DNA of 64,000 bases from Acidimicrobiia bacterium (GTDB taxonomy: Bacteria; Actinomycetota; Acidimicrobiia; Spongiisociales; ZC4RG35), in NCBI GenBank assembly GCA_965216905.1, contig OZ244213.1, positions 1,210,735 through 1,274,734 of the forward strand. The letters are read 5' to 3'. This document shows positions 57,463 through 64,000 of the stretch, one piece after another. The notes under the pieces were generated by a model. It was not told the origin of the DNA and made no database searches. It was given only the letters and a program-made list of their open reading frames with translations. Within the stretch, counting starts at the first letter, position 1. Each line of letters starts with the position of its first letter. Both the position numbers and the translations under genes were made by a program.

Positions 57463-57561
57463 GGGTTTCGTTCTGTGTCTCGAGAGCGTGTCCGATGAAT
57501 GCATCGGCAATCGAGGCTCCGCGCTGTAGATGGCCCATCCCGAGTCGAAGGGCTGCAACCC

Positions 57562-58143
57562 TCACTCGCCGAGGAGCAGGGTGCCGATCTCTACATCACC
57601 CAGCAGTCCGGCCGGCGTCTCGAGCGCCCACCGGACCGGCTGCGAGGAGGAGTACCCCGGGCACGGAGCCTCCTCGCAGGGGATCATCGGTATCAATTCC
57701 ACCATCCGTCCACGGGCATCGAACAGTGCGAGATCGAGTGCTACGAGCGTGTTCCGCATCGTGAATCTGACGACCTGTTCGCCCGGAAGCACGAACAGCA
57801 TGCCATCGAAGTCGCCGAACTCCTCCACCTCCTGCAACCCGGTTGCTCGGTCACCGGGCTGGACCGCCACGACGACGGTCAACTCCCGCTCACCGAGTCG
57901 AATCCGGGACACGTCGAACGGTGGGAGATCTCCGTAGTCCAGTCGCTCGACCTCGACCGGCGAGGTGTCGGTCGCCGGAGTGACGGTCGTTGCGGGCCGC
58001 GTTGCAGAAGGTTCCGCCTGCTCGACGATGGACGGCACCGTGGTCGGCAGTCCATCGATGCGACCGTTCGACGATCGGGGCGCGGCCGCACATGCGACCG
58101 TCGCCAGCGCCAGCACGACGACGGCCAGGCACCGCCGGATCAC
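57562..58143 (-). CDS. DUF192-like lipoprotein.
   Basis: Lipobox LALATVACAA. FTMRNTLVALDLALFDARGRMVE resembles the DUF192 (COG1430) core. Confidence 0.55.
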   Translation of the reverse strand: MIRRCLAVVVLALATVACAAAPRSSNGRIDGLPTTVPSIVEQAEPSATRPATTVTPATDTSPVEVERLDYGDLPPFDVSRIRLGERELTVVVAVQPGDRATGLQEVEEFGDFDGMLFVLPGEQVVRFTMRNTLVALDLALFDARGRMVELIPMIPCEEAPCPGYSSSQPVRWALETPAGLLGDVEIGTLLLGE

Positions 58144-59075
58144 CGCTCGGAGAACTCCTGGATGAGTTCTCGGGCGGCCTCTTCACCCATGTGGTAGCTC
58201 TCGGCTTCGGCGGGGAACTCGCCGGAACCGACGTCGGTGACATACGCCGCCAGCGCGGAGACCGCTGCGTCCCGCAAGTTGCCGTACGAGCGGACGAACT
58301 TGGGGTAACGCCCCGCACCGAGGCCCAGCACATCGTGGAACACCAACACCTGTCCGTCGGTCTCGGGACCGGCACCGATGCCGATGGTCGGAACGCCGAC
58401 CTCCTCGGTGACGATCCGGCCGAGCACGTCCGGGATGCCCTCGAGCACGATGGAGAAGACTCCGGCGGATTCCAGCGCCCGAGCATCGTCGACGAGCTCC
58501 CTCGCGCTCTCGACATGTTTGCCTTGCACTCGGTATCCGCCCATCGCGTGAAACGACTGAGGGGTCAGGCCGAGATGTCCCATCACCGGGATCTCGGCGT
58601 CGACGATGCGCTCGATGGCCGGGACACGGTTGGCTCCACCTTCGAGCTTCACGGCCTCGGCTCCGCCCTCCCTCACCAACCGGCCGGCATTCCGGACCGC
58701 GTCCTCGGGGGTGACGTGATAGCTCATCCAGGGCATGTCGACGACCACCAGACAATGAGGCTTCGCCCGCTTGACGGCCGCGGCGTGGAGAAGGATCAGG
58801 TCGACGTCGACTTCGAGAGTGGTCTCGAAACCGTGGACGACGTTGCCGACCGAGTCACCGACCAGGATCATGTCGACCCCCGCCTCGGAAGCGATCATGG
58901 CGGTCGGGTAGTCGTAGGCGGTGACCATCGTCAGCTTGTCCCCGCCCTTCCGGGCCCTCACTCCGGGAACGGTCACTTTCGACGGTGCCTCGCGAGGCTT
59001 CTTGGCCGGACCGTCGGATTTTGGCGAGTCGGGCTTGGGCGAGTCGGACTTCGGGGTCGTCGGCCCCTGGGGCAT
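58140..59075 (-). CDS. panB: 3-methyl-2-oxobutanoate hydroxymethyltransferase (ketopantoate hydroxymethyltransferase).
   Basis: LTMVTAYDYPTA, VDMILVGDSVGNVVHG and GHLGLTPQS. The ORF is open to 59225 through a low-complexity N-terminal extension; the start (ATG at MPQGPT) is uncertain. Confidence 0.85.
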   Translation of the reverse strand: MPQGPTTPKSDSPKPDSPKSDGPAKKPREAPSKVTVPGVRARKGGDKLTMVTAYDYPTAMIASEAGVDMILVGDSVGNVVHGFETTLEVDVDLILLHAAAVKRAKPHCLVVVDMPWMSYHVTPEDAVRNAGRLVREGGAEAVKLEGGANRVPAIERIVDAEIPVMGHLGLTPQSFHAMGGYRVQGKHVESARELVDDARALESAGVFSIVLEGIPDVLGRIVTEEVGVPTIGIGAGPETDGQVLVFHDVLGLGAGRYPKFVRSYGNLRDAAVSALAAYVTDVGSGEFPAEAESYHMGEEAARELIQEFSER

Positions 59076-59273
59076 GGCGGTCACTGAGACGCCGCAGTCG
59101 TTGGCATGCCGGTCATCGGGTGCTCCTGTCTCCCCACCGCGCATCGGCGTGGTTGAGGGATGTCGCGTGCCTGGTTCTCGAGAGCGTCCGACCTCGACCG
59201 CCCACCCAAGGGTCGCCCGTGTCAATACTCCTGGCCATCGTACCGGGAGCCGCCGCCAGTGTCGGGCGCCGGT

Positions 59274-60047
59274 TCAACCCGCATCGGCCAGACGGGCACG
59301 CAGCCACGCCAAGTCGGCGCGGTGGGCATCGGCATCTCCCGGCGTCTCCACGATCACCGGGGCGGCCGCCATCCGGACGAGTTCCACCAGCTCGGACTCC
59401 GGGATGGCACCATCGCCCAGGTTGGCGTGCCGGTCGCGGCGCGAATCGAACGGATCCCGAGAGTCGTTGCAGTGGACGAGATCGATGGTGCCCACCGCGT
59501 CGACGAGACGCTGGGCCAGTTCGTCCAACGGCTCGCCGCCCGCCCAGGCATGGCACGTATCCAACACGAACCCCGGCCCCAAGTCGCCGATCTCGTCCCA
59601 GAGACGCCGAATCCACTCCACCCGCCGGACGACGGCGTTGTCACCTCCGGCGGTGTTCTCGATCAGGACCGGAACCTCGGTGTCGAGCGACTGGAGGGCT
59701 TTGCGCCAGCGGGGCGGGGCGTCCTCGAGGCGGCCATCGCCGGTCACGTGACCTCCGTGGACGACCACACCGGCAGCCGCGACGGCAGCCGCAGCATCAC
59801 ACGTCTCCTGCAGGATCCGGCGGCTGGGAATCCGGACCCGGTTGTTGTCGGTCACCGGGTTGATCAGATATGGCGCATGGACATACAGCGGCAGCTCGTC
59901 GGCGATCAGCTCCTCGGCGTCCGAACGCGGAGGAGGCTTCTTCCATGACTGGGGGTCGGCCAGGAAGATCTGGACCACTTCGGCGCCCCGGGCGGTGGCC
60001 TCTTGCAACGGCGTCCCATTGGGGACATGCGCTCCGAGCCTGATCAC
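59274..60047 (-). CDS. nfo: Endonuclease IV (AP endonuclease family 2).
   Basis: LGAHV, HAPYLINP, IENTAG, DTCHA, HCNDS and DRHANLGDG match the three-metal-site motifs of E. coli Nfo. The upstream part of the ORF (to 60215) is Arg/Gly-rich and likely non-coding. Confidence 0.85.
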   Translation of the reverse strand: MIRLGAHVPNGTPLQEATARGAEVVQIFLADPQSWKKPPPRSDAEELIADELPLYVHAPYLINPVTDNNRVRIPSRRILQETCDAAAAVAAAGVVVHGGHVTGDGRLEDAPPRWRKALQSLDTEVPVLIENTAGGDNAVVRRVEWIRRLWDEIGDLGPGFVLDTCHAWAGGEPLDELAQRLVDAVGTIDLVHCNDSRDPFDSRRDRHANLGDGAIPESELVELVRMAAAPVIVETPGDADAHRADLAWLRARLADAG

Positions 60048-60766
60048 AGACTCTCGGGATCCTCGACGTCCCCGACCTCGGGCGCGCCGGCCTCTGCCTC
60101 CTCCAGCGCCGCCGCCGCCAGCGCTCCCAGCTCGGTGGCCACATCGACGTGACGCACATCCCAATCCGACGCCAACAGGGCCAGCGTGTGATCGTCGAGC
60201 CGACGAGCGCCCCACGGTTCGTCCGGTATCGATGCCGGGCTCGTGAAACGAAGCCAGAGGACCGGCAGTTGGATGCCCTCATCGCCAACCGTTCCGCTCC
60301 CCAGGTCCTCCACCTCGCCCCAACCGACGAACCACGGAGCCCGAAAGGGACCTCGCACCCGCAGCCGTATCCCGGCGCGGTCGGCGGTGATCACCTTGGT
60401 CGGCGACAGCAGCTCCCGCATTCCCCAGATCGCCAGCCCCAGCCCCACCACCACCAACGCCACCGCCCAGACGGTGTCACGCGGCTCCGGAAGTTGGGTG
60501 TCCTCCGGCCGGAACAGCAGTTCGCGAAGGAAGTTGGTCAACCGCCGTCTGGTGAGCAGGTCCAGACCTGCCACGAGCATCGGGATGGCCATGACCGCCA
60601 ACCCCCACATCCGCCACGCCGAGCGTCGGACCTCCACCGGGGGCACATGGCGGCCGGGTCGACCGCCCCGGTCGAACGAGTTCCCGTGTGACGGTTCGCC
60701 TCCGGGATTCCCGCCCACCGCCGGCCCGTCGGCTCGGGGTCCGCCGTTCGGCTGACCGGCCGTCAT
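60044..60766 (-). CDS. Hypothetical 2-TM membrane protein.
   Basis: 240 aa. TMs MWGLAVMAIPMLVAGLDLL and VWAVALVVVGLGLAIWGM, with a PH-like soluble C-terminal part. Overlaps nfo and pyrE by 4 nt. Confidence 0.5.
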   Translation of the reverse strand: MTAGQPNGGPRADGPAVGGNPGGEPSHGNSFDRGGRPGRHVPPVEVRRSAWRMWGLAVMAIPMLVAGLDLLTRRRLTNFLRELLFRPEDTQLPEPRDTVWAVALVVVGLGLAIWGMRELLSPTKVITADRAGIRLRVRGPFRAPWFVGWGEVEDLGSGTVGDEGIQLPVLWLRFTSPASIPDEPWGARRLDDHTLALLASDWDVRHVDVATELGALAAAALEEAEAGAPEVGDVEDPESL

Positions 60767-61326
60767 CCCGGCGCCAACCGATCCGCTTCGAACAGCGGCT
60801 CGTACGGGATGCCGCGTTCCCTCAGGCGCGACGCCACCGCGCCGTCACTCCGGTCGACGATCGACACGACCTGAACGACCTCCAATTCACAGCCGGCCGC
60901 AACGTCGAGAGACTCGACGATGGCACCGCCGGTGGTGGTGGTGTCCTCCAGGATGACCACCTTGTCCCCGGCCCTGACAGGTCCGACCAACCGACCACCC
61001 ACCCCGTGACCCTTGGCGGTCTTGCGAATCGAGAAGGCCCGCAGCGGCCTGCCTCGTCCGGCCGCAGTGATCGCCGTCGCCACGGCGATCGGATCGGCGC
61101 CCATGGTCATCCCTCCAACCGCCTGCACCTCTGGACCGAGCACCTCGAGCACCGCCCGACCGACCAGCACGGCGCCGGGGCCGTCGAAGGTCGTCTGCCG
61201 GGCGTCGACGTACCAATCGGATTCCGCACCCGAGCGCAGGACGAAACGCTCACCGCGCCGAACCGCATGGCGTCGGAGATGGTCCAACAGCTCGGCGCAC
61301 ACCGGACTCAAGTTCTGCACGCTCAC
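60763..61326 (-). CDS. pyrE: Orotate phosphoribosyltransferase.
   Basis: 187 aa. PRPP-binding motif VVILEDTTTTGGA. GTG start. Confidence 0.9.
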   Translation of the reverse strand: MSVQNLSPVCAELLDHLRRHAVRRGERFVLRSGAESDWYVDARQTTFDGPGAVLVGRAVLEVLGPEVQAVGGMTMGADPIAVATAITAAGRGRPLRAFSIRKTAKGHGVGGRLVGPVRAGDKVVILEDTTTTGGAIVESLDVAAGCELEVVQVVSIVDRSDGAVASRLRERGIPYEPLFEADRLAPG

Positions 61327-61435
61327 GGCCGATGAGATTGGCACACGTGAGGCAGCGACCCAACATCGCCTTCCGTGCTTGCCCGAGCCGACGACCGCCC
61401 TGCCCCCGGCGGTCGTCGCCTTGTTGGGGCGTGCT

Positions 61436-62329
61436 TCATCCACCGCACCCGATGGTCGCAACGGCCGAGAACACTCCCGCACGGTCACGATCGAAGAGCC
61501 ACGCACCGGAGCCCTCGGAGAAGCGGACGCCCAGCCCCACCTCGTCCACACCATCTCCGTCGGCATCGACGAACGCCTGATAGCGCAGCGAAGCCGGCTC
61601 GACGTCCGGACTGCCTCGCTCGTCGAGCCGAACGACGAAGGCGTCGAGGAGCTGGGCCGGTACCTCGCCGGCGGATGTCTCGTGGCGTCGGGTGTAGGCG
61701 AGCGAGTAGTCCCCGTCCGCGGCCGGAGTGAAGTTGGGATTCGAGAGCCGCTCGGCGACGCCGAAACGCTCCGCGGCACCGTCCCCGTCGACGTCTACCT
61801 CATACAACTGCGGAAAGCCGGGGTTTGGGTCGGTCACGCCGAGCTCGGTCAGCAACCGAGCCACGACGTGTCGATCCTCCTCGTCGGGCTCGACCGCCGT
61901 CACCGGGTGCGGCGTCACATCCCACGGAGCGGCCACTGCCAGTCCCGCCACCTCCGACGGGAGCAGATCAGGTCGCATACGCACCTCGAGTGAGCCTTCG
62001 ATCAGGCCACAGCCGGCCACCGGCGCATCCCCGACGGCAACGGACGGCTCCCGGCCGACGGCGTGCACCTGGTACCGCTCGCCTCCGGCGATGGGCACCG
62101 CACCCTGGGCCTGGATCCAGGTCGCCCCGTCCCAGACGGCCAGCACGCCCTCGGCGGCCACCACGACGGCGTCTCGTTCTCCGGGAAGCTCGGGGATGGT
62201 GTCTCCCGGCGGAGCCGTCTCCACGGCTGCTTCCGGAAACGGAGGCGGAACCGGGATCGTGGTCGGCCCCGGCTCGGCCTGACAGGCTCCGACGAGCGCC
62301 GCCAACCCGACGAGCACGACACGCCACAC
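61436..62329 (-). CDS. Putative lipoprotein of unknown function.
   Basis: VWRVVLVGLAALVGACQAEPG (lipobox LVGAC) with an acidic, beta-rich mature domain. The GTG start is inferred; the ORF is open to 62533 through an R/S/T/P-rich stretch. Confidence 0.5.
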   Translation of the reverse strand: MWRVVLVGLAALVGACQAEPGPTTIPVPPPFPEAAVETAPPGDTIPELPGERDAVVVAAEGVLAVWDGATWIQAQGAVPIAGGERYQVHAVGREPSVAVGDAPVAGCGLIEGSLEVRMRPDLLPSEVAGLAVAAPWDVTPHPVTAVEPDEEDRHVVARLLTELGVTDPNPGFPQLYEVDVDGDGAAERFGVAERLSNPNFTPAADGDYSLAYTRRHETSAGEVPAQLLDAFVVRLDERGSPDVEPASLRYQAFVDADGDGVDEVGLGVRFSEGSGAWLFDRDRAGVFSAVATIGCGG

Positions 62330-62333
62330 GATG

Positions 62334-63107
62334 TCAGCGCCCGAACCGGCGCTCTCGACGGGTGTAGTCGCGCAGGGCGCGAAGCAGGTCCACGCGGCGG
62401 AACGCGGGCCAGAACACGTCGACAAAGGCAAACTCGGAGTACGCCGACTGCCACAGGAGGAACCCCGAGAGTCGCGACTCGCCCGAGGTTCGGATAAGGA
62501 GGTCGGGGTCGGGCAGGTCCGAGGAGTAGACATGGCGGCCGATGGAGTCGGCGTCGATCCGAGATGCCATGTCGTCGGCTTCGACTCCGGAAGCGGCGAG
62601 ATCGGCCACCAAATCCCGAACCGCGTCGACGATCTCCTGCCGGCCCCCGTATCCCATGGCGATCGTCACCCGCGCGATGCCGTCCGCGGCGCGTTGTTCG
62701 GCGTCCTTGGCGGCCGCCACCACCCGGTCCGGCAACAGGTCGAGGCTTCCGACGAACCGCAGGTGCATGTCGTGGCGAGCGCACTCGTCGGGCAGCCGGC
62801 CGAACAGCTCGCACAGGACGTCGAAGTACGGCTCGAGTTCCTCGGCCGGACGGTCCAGATTCTCTCGGGAGAGCACCCACCCGGTGATGGCGGGGATACC
62901 CAGGTCCGACGCCCACCCGATGACTTCCTCGAATCGGGCCATCCCCACCCGGTAGCTGTCCGTGTACGAGGCCAGCCCTTCGGATCGGGCATACCGGCGA
63001 TGACCGTCGAGGATGATCCCGATGTGGCGTGGGAATCGCTCCTGGTCGAGCGATGCCAGCAACCGATCCTCGTAGAGCTTGTAGAGAAGGTTGGATGGTC
63101 TGCGCAT
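62334..63107 (-). CDS. uppS: Isoprenyl transferase (undecaprenyl/decaprenyl diphosphate synthase).
   Basis: HIGIILDGHRRYA, VLSRENLDRP, GYGGRQEIV and RTSGESRLSGFLLWQSAYSEF are the cis-prenyltransferase motifs. Confidence 0.92.
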   Translation of the reverse strand: MRRPSNLLYKLYEDRLLASLDQERFPRHIGIILDGHRRYARSEGLASYTDSYRVGMARFEEVIGWASDLGIPAITGWVLSRENLDRPAEELEPYFDVLCELFGRLPDECARHDMHLRFVGSLDLLPDRVVAAAKDAEQRAADGIARVTIAMGYGGRQEIVDAVRDLVADLAASGVEADDMASRIDADSIGRHVYSSDLPDPDLLIRTSGESRLSGFLLWQSAYSEFAFVDVFWPAFRRVDLLRALRDYTRRERRFGR

Positions 63108-63281
63108 CCCACCGCCATCGTACCGACAAAGGGGAGGGCTTCGACTCGATCACACGGTCCCCTCGCCACCGCCGAGGTCGGTTCAGCCCGGTCCGCCTCG
63201 ACGAGGGTCCTTGTCCAGTCCGTCGGTGTGCCGACACGATGCTTCGTGACTACGTCCGTTCAATCCGTACCATCTCAGCCA

Positions 63282-63959
63282 ATGGATGGGATGCATCTCG
63301 AGCGCCTGACGCTGGGTCGGATTCAGAACCCGGTCCGCGGCTTGCTGCATGGCACCGCCGCGATCGCGGCGACCGTCGGGTTGGTCTTTCTGCTCGCCGC
63401 CAATCCAGGCGGCCTTTCGCTCGGAGTCTCTCTGGCCATCTATGGGGCGAGCCTGGTCATCATGTTCACCTTCTCCTCGCTCTATCACGCGGTTCGATGG
63501 TCCGCCGAGTGGAAGGCGCGCATGCGACGCCTCGACCACGCCGCCATCTTTCTGGTGGTTGCCGGGACGTTCACTCCCTTCGCCATGGTTGCCCTCGACG
63601 GCGCCTGGCGGGCGGTCAGCCTGACGACGGTGTGGGTGGCGGCCGTGGTGGGAATCGTGCTGAAGCTCACCGAGAAGCGGGTCCGCCTCGGCCCGTCGGT
63701 CACGATTCAAAACGTGATGGGTTGGGCGGCCGCGATTCCGATGGGACGGATCGCAGCCCGGCTGGGAGGCGACACCGTTGCGTTCATCGCCGCCGGCGGC
63801 GCCTTGTACACCGTGGGGATGATCTGCTTTCTGACGAAGTGGCCGCGCCTGTCACCGCGGGTCTTCAGCGCCCACGAGCTGTTTCACGTGCTGGTCGTCG
63901 CCGCATCCTCGGTTCACTTCTACGCGGTCGCCACCCGGGTGTTGCCGGCCGTCGCCTGA
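63282..63959 (+). CDS. Hemolysin III-family (PAQR/YqfA-like) membrane protein.
   Basis: 225 aa with 7 TM helices. SSLYHAVRWS...RRLDHAAIF and a C-terminal HELFHVLV motif, characteristic of the HlyIII family. Confidence 0.85.
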   Translation: MDGMHLERLTLGRIQNPVRGLLHGTAAIAATVGLVFLLAANPGGLSLGVSLAIYGASLVIMFTFSSLYHAVRWSAEWKARMRRLDHAAIFLVVAGTFTPFAMVALDGAWRAVSLTTVWVAAVVGIVLKLTEKRVRLGPSVTIQNVMGWAAAIPMGRIAARLGGDTVAFIAAGGALYTVGMICFLTKWPRLSPRVFSAHELFHVLVVAASSVHFYAVATRVLPAVA

Positions 63960-64000
63960 GACAAACCCGGCCGCGGCGGGAGTTTCGATGAGCAACACTG

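Noticed and set aside
62331-63281. A long plus-strand ORF (542 aa) covering uppS antisense.
   Set aside because: The N-terminal 317 codons are low-complexity antisense translation of uppS. Only the C-terminal 225 aa (from the ATG at 63282) form the HlyIII-family gene.
1-64000. A CRISPR array, IS elements, integrons or toxin-antitoxin pairs.
   Set aside because: No regularly spaced short repeats with unique spacers were seen. No transposase or integrase-like ORFs were found. No adjacent small-ORF pairs with TA-like features were found. The tandem repeats seen are coding (VNTR/SLH) or short microsatellite-like.

Overview
This is a high-GC (about 70%) chromosomal window that reads as actinobacterial core genome. 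Coding density is high and many genes are translationally coupled by 4-nt ATGA/GTGA overlaps. I found no CRISPR array, transposase, integrase or prophage structural genes.

Recognisable content:
- A dispersed purine-biosynthesis cluster: purA, purD, purB, purC, purS, purQ, purL, purF, purM.
- A rearranged rpsF-ssb-rpsR-rplI ... dnaB locus.
- A copper-resistance operon, csoR-copZ-copA.
- tRNA-Gly(CCC) followed by dcd.
- Other housekeeping genes: acs, lnt, pfk, panB, nfo, pyrE, uppS, thrB and the small ribosomal protein bS22.

The parts worth a second look:
1. A four-gene operon (14407-17694) encoding an ECF sigma factor, a zinc-finger (ZAS-type) anti-sigma factor, an ABC ATPase and an ABC-2 permease.
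2. A three-gene module (51207-52752) of a coiled-coil membrane protein, a holin-X-like 2-TM protein and a DUF3618-like protein, sitting between dnaB and rplI.
3. A secreted protein with three near-identical 195-bp tandem SLH-like repeats plus GerMN/Gmad2-like domains, preceded by a 312-bp lower-GC leader that carries a canonical intrinsic terminator. This leader may be a riboswitch or a small RNA.
4. A B12-binding MerR (LitR/CarH-like) regulator divergent from a wbl (whiB-like) gene, with an unusually AT-rich intergenic region.
5. A small zinc-ribbon-like protein divergent from csoR.
6. A crotonase-dienelactone hydrolase fusion.
7. An MscS channel gene broken by a single-base shift in a C-homopolymer.

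All calls rest on reading the translated ORFs and the sequence directly. No database searches were run, and family assignments are based on remembered motifs.
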